A stretch of DNA of 64,000 nt from contig CM059431.1 in NCBI GenBank assembly GCA_030390025.1, positions 122,018,001 to 122,082,000 of the forward strand. The letters are read 5' to 3'. The position numbers and the translations under genes are program-made. This document shows, piece after piece, positions 12,281-24,304 of the stretch. This stretch comes from Squalus acanthias. Taxonomy: Eukaryota. The notes beneath the pieces are model-generated. The model made no database searches. It saw only the letters and a program-made list of their open reading frames with translations, and was not told where the DNA came from. The stretch's first letter is position 1. Each line of letters begins with the position of its first letter.

Positions 12281-13922
12281 TGTAAGGGGTTCGGGTGGCT
12301 CTGTGCTTAGCCTGGGTGCTAGTGCGGGGTTAGGCCTCGTTGCCTGTTCTGGTCTCCAGCCAGCCTGGTAGCACTAGACACCTGTGAGTGGTTCGACCCA
12401 CTCGCCCTTACGGTTCTGACACTGGACTTAGGTGCGAGAGCAGTAATGCAGAGAAAACTCAGGTAGACCCGGTTGAATAGTACGAAATGGAAAATCTTTA
12501 TTGCATATTGTTCAAGATTACGAAATACATGTCATAAGCACAGATTAATGACAGTACAAGCTTACATACATTTATGAAACTAGGTTTAGGGAAACGAGGA
12601 GCGCACGACACATCGTAAAAGTGGACACACATTATAATTATCCTTAAAAAAAAACCCTCCCCTATTAATACCTGTCCTAATCTAGACTGTAGGATCGAGA
12701 ACCATGCTCACCACTCGTGATAACTCGGAGAATTCTAAAACGATGCTCGGATGTTTTCACCACAGCACCTGACTATTCACGTGTTGATCAGGGGTCTCTG
12801 TACCCCACTTGTTTACTCGCTCTGCTCCGGCTAGCAGGCTGGACCGTCTGCTGCCATGAAGATCTGTGTTGACCTCAGATTCCTGATAAAACTCAAAGAA
12901 GATTCTTCCTGTGCCCGACACCGGTTGGCGGTAGAATTCGTGTGGTAACCTGTAAATGGTCTTTATAGTTCCGGCGCGGTCGGGGTTTACTGACCGCGGC
13001 GGCACGTGTAGTCGTCTTCTTCTTCTTCTTGTCTTGTTTCGTTTCGTCGCGCCTTCGGGTCCCTACACCGTTTACCGACCCTCGGGATGGTGCACCCGCT
13101 TCCCGGCCTTCGCAGCCCAGCTCTTCACAGATCTTCGCGGCAAGCCACGAGGTTGACTCCCGGAAGATCAGCGGACCAAGAGCTCGGTGGGCAGCAAGAG
13201 CACAAGTCAAAAGTCGTCAGGGAATAAGAGGAATAAGAGTCAAGAGCCAGGAGTCCAGAGGATAAGAGAGTCAAGAGAAAGATGGACGTTTGTTCACTAC
13301 AGTTATAGCACTGTAATTCATTATCTCCCGCCCAATCTTAATGTTTATCTTTTGTCATGTTTTGGCGCTCAAACTTCTTGTATGGGGTGGTTCTTGTCGT
13401 TAATGGGTTTCGGTGATACTTGTAACTTTCTAAGTACCCGTTAATATTTCTCCCATTGTGGAACCGGCTAGGAGTCTCCCTGGAGGGGTTTTGGGGGCCT
13501 CCAAATTCTTGCTGTGAGTACCCGTGAACGGCTCTCTCATCGTAGAGCCGCGGGGAATTTGCATATCAATGTCTTTGGATGGGCCCTTGATTGCTCAGTA
13601 CAATAGCCCCCGTTTGTGCATGGAAAACCGATTCCAGCACTTATATTTCTTGCTTAGGTGTTAAAAATGCAAAACGATCGCGTCTTGTCTTCTATCAATA
13701 TGCTGAGTACTGTCCGATCTTGCTGAAATGTTTATTGAAACGCCATCTTGTCTGCCTACTGAAAAATCTGGAACCTTCTGCCACGAGGCGCGGCGGCCAT
13801 TTTACAGGCTGTTTGTGTCCGTTTTGAAACATGACAGCATTTTGCTGAAATAAAACTGTTTTTACGAAACTGTATGTCTCTTTCTCATTATTTTGAAATC
13901 GCGATAATTTGCGAATTCTACA
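12281..13922 (-). mobile_element. Solo LTR (1642 bp), ERV/Gypsy-type
   Basis: TGTA...TACA ends with 4-bp TSD GGGC (12277-12280 / 13923-13926). Minus-strand TATAA (13303-13307) and AATAAA (12497-12502). Homologous to 16830-18239. Confidence 0.9.
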
Positions 13923-14789
13923 GGGCGGGTCAGCAGTAAAAATCCTGGAAATAGCGAGCATATCGGGAACCCGCCGTCATCCTGCCGCCTCGCACATTTA
14001 ACTCGGTTGGCTTTGAAGGCGTGACACAGACCCGATCGGCAGAGGTGGACGACCTCATTGAAATCATTAAGTGCTTGTTGAGAGACACTTAAGAGTGATT
14101 TTAACACCAGCTTTTGACTTTAACTGCAGGAGCACGGGATTCAGGAAGGTCGGGTACCTCACCTGTGAAGGCAGAAGTTCAGGCCGTGATTTTGTTGATG
14201 CTCAGAGGGCGGGTTTGGAGGTGGGTCAGAGGTTAAATTCGATTTGATTGACGGCGGGTTCCAATCCCGCCATCAACCCGCCTCGAAACAGCTTTCCCAA
14301 GTGTTGGGTCCCCGATTTGCGAATCGACCTGACACCTAGCAGCAGGAAGCAGATTAAAGGCAATTACCTGCCTATTAGCAGGTACTTGCCCATAGTTTTC
14401 AGCCTGTTTTTGGATTTTGCAGGTTCTGGGTCGGGTTTCCTGACGTCTGGACACCACGCCAGGTAAGTGTGGCGTGTTGTGAGTCTGCTGTAATGTTTGT
14501 GGAATGATGACAGCTGCAGAAGTGGTGTGAAGGATCCAATGTCGCACATGGTGAGTTTTCAGAGCAAAGAAAATGTTGGTTACTGCATTTTTAAAAAATT
14601 TACAGATTTCTTTAGCTTACCAGTTTTTAATTCCAACTATATGTCAAGTGCCACCTCACTGGGAGAACCTCTCTCACCAGTGACTGATCGCTTCTGTCAC
14701 CTCACCTGCAGCTGCCATCTATTCCAGCATATGGAGGGAGTCATTGGAGAGCCTGGATGCAAGAGTTCACCTTTGTGCAGTGACTTGTC

Positions 14790-14951
14790 AGTGTTTTCAG
14801 CACCTCAATGCTGTCAAACACTGAGAAATCAACTGTCAAAATAAAATTGTGCGTGGTCCCTTTAAGGACTGAGGTGGAGATGGTACCAGCAGCGGCGCAC
14901 ATTGCTGCCCGGGAGGCCCGGGATGGCCTCATCATGGCCAGATTTACTTAA
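14790..14951 (+). pseudogene. Harbinger transposase remnant (internally deleted; C-terminus AAHIAAREARDGLIMARFT*)
   Basis: The C-terminal peptide resembles the end of Harbinger transposases. It converges on the Myb/SANT gene remnant. Confidence 0.5.
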
Positions 14952-15253
14952 CTTGCTCTAATGCAGCCACATGCCTGTCAAATGCTGTACTAAGTTCCCC
15001 CCCGCAACAACACCATAAAGCAGCCCTACAATGACCAATCCATTCCTCTCACCCAAAGGCCCAATGCTCGAGGTTAAATAATGTCTCTCCATTCACTCCA
15101 AGTGACAAAGCCACTTCCAAGGTTTGAGGCAAAAATGGACAAGACTGGAAAGTGGTGCAGAGAAAAACATTTATGTGCGTCATCAAAATAACTGAAACTT
15201 AACACTAACATTTTTTGATACACCCACGTGCATACACCCGTGTGCATCTACTT

Positions 15254-18200
15254 TCATGTCATTTTTCTTTTCAGAGTGATTCTATGAGGTGCCACCCCTG
15301 TGGCTTCAGCAGAGTTAGAGACAGGCTGCTCACTTCCCTGCTGCGACTCGTCAGACACTTTTGGCAGATGTCTTCTGGGTTTTGGAGCCTGTGAGGGCCC
15401 CGCTAATGTCTGCTCCTCCTGCGACTGTGCAGGGACAGACTTGGTCATCGGGATCTGAGGATGCATGTGGGGCTCTGACTGAGGGGGAGGCAACGGGAGA
15501 GAAGTGGAAGCACGTTGAGAAGAGCCCCCACTTCCATGTCCCCTCTCACCATCATCCCTCTCATGGGCCACCCGCACTTCCCTGCTAGCAAGGAGCTGGC
15601 GAGCACCTTGCTGCACATCAATGGGGCGATGAAGGCCCAAGTCCACGGTTACAACCCTCCTTGAGAGGAGGTCTATGAGCTCCTGCCATCTGTTGTTCAC
15701 AGCAAGCATGCTCTCATGTGACTGGCGCATTGCTGCTCCATGCAGGTCGCCAGCCTTTCCATGGAACAGCACATCATCGCCACTGCCTGCGACATGGTGG
15801 TGCTCATGTTGGAGATGGACTCCTTCATTCTCTGAACATTTGCAGACATTGCGGCTGCAAAATATGTCAGAGCCTCATGCAATTTTGGCTGCACCTCCAG
15901 GATCACCCTCTTTCTCGATGGCCCCCGAGGCTCAGCGTCTGCATGCAGCTCAGCAGGGCTTGGGCATCCTACGCCCTCCGGCGAGGAGTCTCCACTGCTG
16001 TCCCTGTCAATACCAGCTGCTCTTGCTCACTTGTGAATTGTGAGACACCAGGTGACAACTCTGCTCTATGGCGCAAAGGACCCACCGAGGTGTGTGTATC
16101 TGCGCTGGTGCTGGCTGCACTTGGGTCTGCTGATGGTGCTCCCTCAGGGGCTGGAGTCTCGTCTGGGGAGTCGTCTTACTCCTCCAGCTGGACAGTGTGG
16201 GGGTGGGGGGCACTTAATGAACCTGTGGGAGAGTAAAGAGATGAATTAGAAGTGTTATAATAAGAATGGGTAAGGTTGCCATTATGCACATGATGACATT
16301 TCTCTGGCTGCTGACTTCAGTCACCATATGAGTGACTGTTATGTGCCATGTGGCTTTATGAGATGTGATTCTGTCACCAGGTTGCTGGGATGCGCCCTCT
16401 CTCCATCTCCAACTGCCAGCATCTCTCCAACTCCTGAGATCTCCAGAGCCCCCTCCTTTGCTGCTGTTAGTTCTGCGAAGACTGGAGGGCCACCTCCAGT
16501 TCTCTGCCTCTCCCTATTGTTGTGTGGCCTTTTCTCCTGCAAGGAGGGAAAGAAGAGAAGTTTGTGTGAGAGTGATGGAATGAGTGTAAGGAATGGATGG
16601 GTTACATCTGTAGAGGGTGACTATGAGGGAGTGGCATGACACTGCCAAATGGCCTCCTTCTGTGGTGTTACTTGCTATGATTGCATTAGGATGAGGGTAA
16701 GTGTCAGGGGTGGGTAGTCAGAGGGGGATGTGAGCATGTACATAGAGAGAGAGGGATGGGTGGACATACAAGTTATGTTGGTGTGAGGAATGATGTGCAG
16801 GAGTAGGCTTGGGAAGGCAGAGTGATGGGTGTAAGGGGTTCGGTTCAGGGTGCTTGTATCGCAGACGGTGCTGGTGCGAGGTTAGGCCTTCGTTGCCTAA
16901 TACTATTGCTTGCTCTGGTCTCCGGCCAGCCTTGTTGCAATAAGCACCTGTGAGTGGTTCGACCCACTCGCCCTTACGGTTCTAACACTGGACTTAGGTG
17001 CGAGAGCAGTAATGCAGAGAAAAACTCAGATAGACCCGGTTGAATAGTACAAAATGGAAATCTTTATTGCATAGCGTCCAAAATCATGAAGTACATGTCA
17101 TAGGCACAAATTAACGACAGTACAAGTATACATACATTCATAAAGCTTGGTCTATGGTAATGAAGAACGCACGGCACATTGTACAAAGGGGAACACATTA
17201 TACTTTATCCTTAATAAAACCACCCTCCCCTATCAATACCTACACTACGTCTAGATTTGTAGGATCGGGAAACATGCTCACCACTTGTGATACTTCGGAG
17301 AATTTTAAAGTAAGGCACTCGGCTCGTTTCGCTGCAGTTCTTTCTTGTATTTTCGGGCGCGGGCGGGGTTTACTGACCGTGGCGGTACGTGGATTCTTCT
17401 CCTCTTCTTGTCGTCTCATCTCGTCTCGTCTCTTCGGGCCTTCGGGTCCAGACACCGTTTATCGACTCTCGGGATGGTGCACCCGGTCACTGGCCTTCGT
17501 CGAGGCGGCTCGTTCCGTTCGAGCTCCACCCAACATAGTCAACAGAGTCCAGAGAAAAACAGAAAGCTGCTCGTCCAGCAGAGCGATACCCGAGGATCAG
17601 AATAGGAGAATAAAAGTTCAGCAGTCATCAGCGAGATAAAACAGTCAAGAGACCGATGGACATTTGTTCACTATAGTTATAGTGCTGTGTTCCCTTATCT
17701 CCCGCTCAAATCTTGATGTTTGTCCTTTGTGTAATACTGGTGCACAAAACTCCCAGCATGGGGCGATTCTTTCCTTTAATGGGTATTGGTAGCACCTGAA
17801 ACTGGCCAACTATCCGTTAATGTTTTCCCCATTGTCGAACCGGCTAGGAGTCTCCCTGACTGGTTTTGGGGCCTCCTTGAATACTGATATGTGTATTGCT
17901 GTGTCTGGATGGGCCTTCGATTGCCCAGTACAATGGTCCTTACTTGTGCATGGAAAATGATTCCAGCACTTATATCTTTGCTATTGTCACAAATGCAAAC
18001 AGGTTGCATCCTGTCTTTATCAATGTTTGCCGAGTATTATCCAATCTTATACTGAAATGTTTATTCGAACGCCATCTTGTCTGCCCACTGTATTCTGGAA
18101 GCTTCTGCCACGATGCTCGGCGGCCATTTTACAGGCTTCTGTGTCCTTTATATCATGATAGCATTTCGTTTAAATAAACTGATCAAACGAATCTGCTTCT

Positions 18201-18533
18201 ATCTTGTTATTTCGAATCGCGATAATTGCAAATTTTACATGGGGATGTGGTGACAGGCACATCAGGATGAAGGTGAGTGTGGCATTTCACTCAACTGTCC
18301 TGACCTCATGAGATCATTGAATCGTTTTCTGCACTAGATCCAGGTCTTCCTCACAACATCCCTGCTGTTCACCTCCTCAGCTATATCCAGCCAGGCTCTT
18401 TTGGCCTCTTATGGAGGTCTCCTTCTCCTATCAGCTGGGAAGAGGACCTCCCTGCGTGCTCTGATTGCCTCCACCAGAGTATGCAGGGATGAGTTGAAAA
18501 GCGCGGTGCAGCCCTCTGCCTTTGGCTGTCCAT
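15254..18533 (-). pseudogene. Harbinger Myb/SANT-like DNA-binding protein pseudogene, 3 exons (~18533-18295, 16536-16378, 16222-15254)
   Basis: Exon 1 reads MDSQRQRAAPRFS...RREVLFPAD...AWLDIAEEVNS...CRKRFNDL with a frameshift and stops. Exon 2 reads EKRPHNNRERQRTGGGPP. The cag acceptors are intact and the first donor is mutated to tt. Confidence 0.85.
16830..18239 (-). mobile_element. Solo LTR (1410 bp), same family as 12281-13922, inside intron 1 of the Harbinger Myb/SANT gene
   Basis: TGTA...TACA ends with 4-bp TSD TGGG (16826-16829 / 18240-18243). Minus-strand TATAA (17677-17681) and AATAAA (17063-17068). Confidence 0.9.
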
Positions 18534-18690
18534 CCTTGCTACTTTATAACAGTACTCAGGCCTTTGTATGTCAGGTTCCACCCTCCTCTAGCAACCTTCA
18601 AATGATGCGGAGATGCCGGTGTTGGACTGGGGTGGACAAAAGTGAGAAGTCACACAACACCAGGTTATAGTCCAACAGTTTTATTTGAAA

Positions 18691-18728
18691 TCACAAGCTT
18701 TCGGAGCTGCTGCCCCTTCGTCAGGTGA
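18691..18728 (-). ncRNA. Minimal hammerhead ribozyme motif (inverted-arm copy)
   Basis: Reverse complement reads tcac-CTGACGA-a-ggggc(agca)gctcc-GAAA-gc-TT-gtga. Confidence 0.78.
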
Positions 18729-18795
18729 AGTGAAGGAATACGAATCGGCAAAGCATATATAGACTATATGCTGTGCCGATTTGTATTTCTTCACT

Positions 18796-18833
18796 TCACC
18801 TGACGAAGGAGCAGCCGCTCCGAAAGCTTGTGA
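18796..18833 (+). ncRNA. Minimal type I hammerhead ribozyme motif
   Basis: tcac-CTGACGA-a-ggagc(agcc)gctcc-GAAA-gc-TT-gtga: intact core boxes, helix I tcac/gtga, 5-bp helix II, palindromic loopless helix III (AAGCTT). Confidence 0.8.
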
Positions 18834-20009
18834 TTTCAAATAAAACTGTTGGACTATAACCTGGTGTTGTGCGACTTCTCAACCTTCAAATGAGTTGAGT
18901 GCAAGGCTGCTTTAAATATCGGTGCTGGAAACGAGTCATCGATGATGTCATCAGATCCGCTCCATTTAATAGGGCTGGGAAAAGCGCAGGAGTCTTTCAA
19001 TTGGGGCCATTAAGTTAAAGTCGCTCTGAACAATGCGTTGCTCAGAACATCTTGTTCCCGACCCACTACGCGGTCCGCACGCCCAAGACCTGACTCCAAG
19101 GTAAAATTCCAGCCCAACTTTTTGACAAGAGTCAATGGAGCAACATAGGGAGGGAAATTACTATTGGCAGTAATAACCAATGAATGCTTAACACATTCAA
19201 ATGGCTTTCCTCTATCTGTTATTTTAATAGAGGGCACTAACCCATTTATTTTAAATAGGTTTACCCCTCTGTTAAAATTGCAGACAGTGGAATGCTATAC
19301 GAGCTTGTTAAGAATTCATCAGCTATCATCACCAACAGCTACATGTGTTAAAAAATGACACGGCTGGTTGATCAATATCTAAAAGTGGAAAAAACAAGTG
19401 ACCTTTGGGTGTGACCTTTCATCAGAAACCCTGTTCTGTTTGAGTAGTATTGACTCACAGCTATCTGTCATGAATCTGTTTAAGAATAAATGTTGTTTAT
19501 TTGCAATAGTTAAATTAGCATACCTTCAATTCATGTAATCCTGCGCCTGGCTGTGGGCTGCTGTGGGATTGGGGGACTGGAACAGATGTGGGACTGAGCC
19601 AACTTAGTTTTGTGCATGTAGAATGCATTGTTGCTAGGGATTATGTAAGTGTGTGTGGTAATAGATTTCAGTTCGTAAATGAATATGATGGATCGGGAGT
19701 CAAATTTCTTGAAGGATGCGTGACTGGAGGTGATGTTGTATTGAAGCCCATACCACTTATTTTATTTTCTATATAAAATATCTGTAAATCTGAAAATTCA
19801 GGAGAAATACATTTTGGTTTGACAGGCTGAATTACAGTAGGCTCTAAAATATTAGAAAATGCACCAAATAAAGTCTTCTTCCAAAAAGTGATGGACTGAT
19901 TGGTTTACCTGCAGCTGAGATAGTGGTCGACTGTATCCCATTGCACTTTCAATCTAACTGCTCCTCTTCACGTCTCAAAAGACCCATATTTATATTCGTT
20001 ACCTTTTTT

Positions 20010-20780
20010 TGGATCTGAGGTGCCGTCTTTCAGATGAGTCATTAAACCGAGACGGTGGCATAGTGGTTAGCACTGGTGCCTCACAGCGCCAGGGACCCGG
20101 GTTCGAATCTAGCCTCGGGTGACTGTCTGTGTGGAGTTTGCACATTCTCCCCGTGTCTGTGTGGGTTTCCTCCGGGTGCTCCGGTTTCCTCCCACAGTCC
20201 AAAAATGTGCGGGTTAGGTTGATTTGGCTATGATAAATTGACCCTTAGTGTTAGGGGGGGATTAAATATGTGGGGTTACGGGGATAGGATGGGATATGTT
20301 AGGGGGAATTAAATACGTGCGGTTACGGGGATAGGGTGGGATATGTGTCGGTGTAGGCTTGATGGGGATTCTGTGTGAGGAAGCAGGGATAGGGTACTGG
20401 ATTTGGATGATCAGCCATGATCGTATTGAATGGTGGAGCAGGCTCGACGGGCCGAATAGCCTACTCCTGCTCCTAGTTTCTATGTTTCTATGAGACTCCA
20501 TCTGCCCTCTCAGGTGGACGTAAAAGAACCCCTGGCACTATTTCGAAGAAGAGCAAGGCAGCTCTCCCTGTTGTCCTGGTCAATACTTATCCCTCAACCA
20601 ACATCACTTAAACAGGTTATCCGGTCATTATCACATTGTTGTTTGTAAGATATTGTTGTGCTCAAATTGGCTGACGCATTTCCTACATTAAAACAGTGAC
20701 TACATTTTGGCTGTAAAGCACTTTGGGATGTCCTGAGGTCGTGAAAGGTGCTATATAAATGCAAGTATTTCCTTCTTCTT
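20010..20780 (+). mobile_element. SacSINE1-like Deu-SINE interrupted by an HE1-like SINE
   Basis: gtgccgtctttcagatgag...ctgccctctcaggtggacgtaaaaga...gaagaagagca..., with L2-like tail gctatataaatgcaagt. Confidence 0.8.
20054..20491 (+). mobile_element. HE1-like V-SINE with an internal duplication and a second CR1-type 3' tail
   Basis: tRNA head plus V-domain, a ~46-bp tandem duplication, and tail gatcagccatgatc...ctactcctgctcct...(tttctatg)2. TSD GAGAC (20049-20053 / 20492-20496). Confidence 0.88.
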
Positions 20781-20907
20781 TCTATATTTAGATCTGTGTC
20801 AACTTTTTTGAAGCCTTCAGTCGGTTCTTGCTAGCTTTCTGGATTGGCATGTACGGTTAAAAATTGTCTTCATAAGGTCCAGCTCAGCAGATAGCCAGAT
20901 GCAGAGA

Positions 20908-23900
20908 TAGAATCATAGAGTCATAGAGTCATAGAGTTATACAGCACAGAAAGAGGCCCTTCGGCCCATCGTGTCCACGCCGGCCATCAAGCCCTGTCTA
21001 TTCTAATCCCATTTTCCAGCACTTGGTCCGTAGCCTTGTATGCTATGTCGTTTCAAGTGCTCATCTAAATGCTTCTTGAATGTGGTGAGGGTTCCTGCCT
21101 CTACCACCCTTTCAGGCAGTGAGTTCCAGATTCCAATCACCCTCTGGGTGAAAAAGTTTTTCCTCAAATGCCCTCTAAACCTCCTGCCCCTTACCTTGAA
21201 ACTATGCCTCCTGGTTATTGACCCATCTACGAAGGGCAAAAGTTCATTTCTATCTACCCTATCTATGCCCCTCATAATTTTGTACACCTCAATCAGGTCC
21301 CCCCTCAGCCTTCTCTGCTCTAAGGAAAACAACCCCAGCCTGTCCAGTCTCTCTTCAAAGCTGAAGCGCTGCAGCCCAGGTAACATCCTGGTGAATCTCC
21401 TCTGCACCCTCTCCAATGCAATCACATCCTTCCTATAGTGTGGCGACCAGAACTGCACACAGTATTCCAGCTATGGCCTAACTAGTGTTTTGTACAGCTC
21501 CATCATAACCTCCCGGCTCTTATATTCTATGCCTCGGCAAATGAAGGCAAGTATCCCATATGCCTTTTTAACCACCTTATCTACCTGTCCTGCTGCCTTC
21601 AGGGATCTATGTAAATGCACACCAAGGTCCCTCTGATCCTCTGTCCTTCCTAGGGTCCTACCATTCATTGTGTATTCCCTTGCCTTGTTAGTCCTCCCAA
21701 AATGCATCACCTCACACTTTTCAGGGTTAAATTCCATTTGCCACTGTTCTGCCCATCTGACCAACCCGTCTATATCGTACTGTAGCCTGAGGCTTCCCTC
21801 CTCGCTATTTACCACCCCACCAATTTTCGTGTCATCTGCGAACTTACTGATAATACCTCCTACATTCATATCTAAATCATTAATGTACACTACAAACAGC
21901 AAAGGACCCAGCACTGATCCCTGCGGTACACCACTGGACACAGGCTTCCAGTCACAAAAACAACCTTCGACCATCACCCTCTGCCTCCTGCCACTAAGCC
22001 AATTTTGGATCCAATGTACCAAGTTGCCCTGGATCCCATGGGCTCTTACCTTCTTGACCAGTCTCCCATGCGGGACTTTGTCAAAAGCCTTACTGAAGTC
22101 CATGTAGACCACATCAACTGCACGACCCTCATCCACACACCAAGTCACCCCCTCGAAAAATTCAATCAAATTGGTCAGACATGATCTCCCCCTGACAAAG
22201 CCATGCTGACTATCCTTGATTAATCCTTGCCTCTCGAAGTGGAGAGTAATTCTGTCCCTCACAATTTTTTCCAATAATTTCCCTACCACTGATGTCAGGC
22301 TCACTGGCCTGTAATTCCCTGGTTTATCCCTACTACCCTTCTTGAATAATGATACTATGTTAGCTGTTCTCCAGTCCTCTGGCACCTCCCCTGTGGCCAG
22401 AGAGGTTTTGAAAATTTGTGTCAGAGCCCCTGCAATTTCCTCCCTTGCCTCACATAGCAGCCTGGGATACATCTCGTCTGGGCCTGGGGATTTATCCACT
22501 TTTAAGCCCGCTAAAACCGTTAGTACCTCCTCCCTCTCAATACTAATTTGTTCAAGTATATCACAATCCCCCTGCCTGATTTCAATGCCTACATCGTCCT
22601 TCTCCATAGTGAACACAGATGCAAAATATTCATTTAAAACCCCACCTACATCTTCTGGCTCTACACACAGATTGCCACGTTGGTCCCTAATGGGCCCTAC
22701 TCTTTCCCTGGTTATCCTCTTGCCCTTAATATACTTATAAAACACCTTGGGATTTTCCTTGATTTTGTTCGCCAGTGTTATTTCATGGCCCCTCTTCGCT
22801 CTCCTAATTTCTTTTTTAAGTACCCCCCCTGCACTTTCTATACTCCTCTAGGGCTTCCACTGTTTTTAGTCCTTTGTATCTGCCAAAAGCCTCCCTTTTT
22901 TTCCTAATCCATTCTCGTACATCCCTTGACGTCCAGGGTTCCCTGGGCTTGTTGGTCCCACCCTTGACCTTTACGAGAACATGTTGCCGTTGTACTCTCT
23001 CTATTTCCTTTCTGAAAGTCTCCCACTGCTCTGATGTGGATTTTCCTACAAGTAGCTGATCCCAGTCCACTTCGGCCAGATCCTGCCTTATCATATTAAA
23101 ATCGGCCTTCCCCCAATTTAGAACCTTTATTTCCGGTCCATCTTTGTCCTTTTCCATGACTACCTTAAATCTCACCGAATTATGGTCACTGTCACCAAAA
23201 TGCTCTCCTACTGACACTTCTACCACTTGCCTGGCTACATTCCCTAGAATTAGGTCCAGTACCGCCCCCTCTCTTGTAGGACTTTCTACATGCTGGCTCA
23301 AAAAGCTCTCCTGGATGCACTTTAAGAATTCCGCACCCTCTAAGCCTTTCACACTCTGACTATCCCAGTTAATATTGAGGAAGTTGAAATCTCCTACTAT
23401 TATTACCCTGTTATTTCTACACTTCTCTGAGATTTGCCTACATATCTGTTCCTCTATCTCCACCTGACTGTTTGGGGGCCTATAGTACACTCCCAGCAAA
23501 GTGCTTGCCCCCTTTTTGTTTTAAGTTCTACCCATATGGCCTCATTAGAGGAACCTGCTAAGATATCATCCCTCCTTACAGCAATAATTGACTCCTTGAT
23601 TAATATTGCGACACCCCCTCCTCTTTTACACCCCCCTCTGTCTCGCCTGAATATTCTATACACCGGAATATTGAGCTGCCAGTCCTGCCCCTCCCTCAAC
23701 CATGTCTCTGTGATAGCAACAATATCAAAGTCCCATGTGTTCATCAACACCTTCAATTCATCTGCCTTACTCACAAGACTCCTTGCATTAATATAAATGC
23801 CATCCAGCCTTGCCATGCTCCCTTGTGCCGTTACATATTTGCTCTGCCTTCCAGGCTGACTTGTTTTTTCCTCTATATTTGGCTGTGCATCACCCCCTAC

Positions 23901-23955
23901 TATAGCTCCTCTCCGTATCCCATCCCCCTGCCAAGTTAGTTTAAACCGCCCCCAA
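20908..23955 (-). mobile_element. CR1 LINE with near-complete but disrupted ORF2 (APE endonuclease + RT)
   Basis: YINARSL..DIVAITETWL (APE), GDFN, SDHN, NYRPVSLTS, DFSKAFDKV, FADD. In-frame stop at 21471-21473 plus frameshifts. (TCATAGAG)n tail at ~20908-20937. Confidence 0.95.
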
Positions 23956-24304
23956 GATGTACCGTCATTTGGTAGGATAGCTACAGCATACCATACAGGA
24001 TAGGGCAGGCACAACCAATGAAAACACCAGTCAGCTGAGGCCTCAAATCTGCCTCCACCTCTTTCCAGAGATGCTGCATTGTTCAATGAAGGGGATGGTG
24101 CCGAGACGTAGTAAACAAGGCCACACACTTGCCATCACTTCATGCAGCAACAACTTCACTTTAGCCACCTTCAAACAGGAGGTGAGGTGCTCTACTGTTG
24201 TATACATTTGCCTGCAAATTCATGCCTGCACACTTGGTTGCCTTTCACTTTATTTTGAACTGTCACCTCATCAGCCTTCTTCCTCTTCAGTCTTGGTGAA
24301 TTGC

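Larger units (their letters stand above)
18606..18880. mobile_element. Non-coding fold-back Penelope-derived element (two inverted pLTR ends plus ~38-nt tail)
   Basis: Arms 18644-18762 and 18764-18880 are near-perfect reverse complements. TSD AACCTTCAAATGA (18593-18605 / 18881-18893). Confidence 0.88.
12240..19113. mobile_element. Defective PIF/Harbinger transposon(s) hosting two solo LTRs and a Penelope-derived hairpin
   Basis: Termini aggtcggaatttt (12240) and aggccgtgatttt (14181) match aaaattccagccc (19113). Contains a convergent transposase remnant (+) and Myb/SANT gene (-). Which left end pairs with the right end is uncertain. Confidence 0.75.

Noticed and set aside
12893..13210. Basic peptide ORF shared by both LTRs (..VSKPRPR..; also 17240-17455)
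   Set aside because: The similarity is explained by DNA homology. Starts, lengths and C-termini differ, and there is no evidence of coding constraint from two copies.
12281..18239. One provirus with two LTRs flanking an internal region at 13923-16829
   Set aside because: Each LTR has its own distinct TSD and they differ in length and sequence. The intervening DNA is Harbinger, with no PBS/gag/pol.
21040..22740. Plus-strand ORFs antisense to CR1 (and similar ones opposite other LINEs)
   Set aside because: Typical antisense shadows of LINE ORF2 with no independent features.
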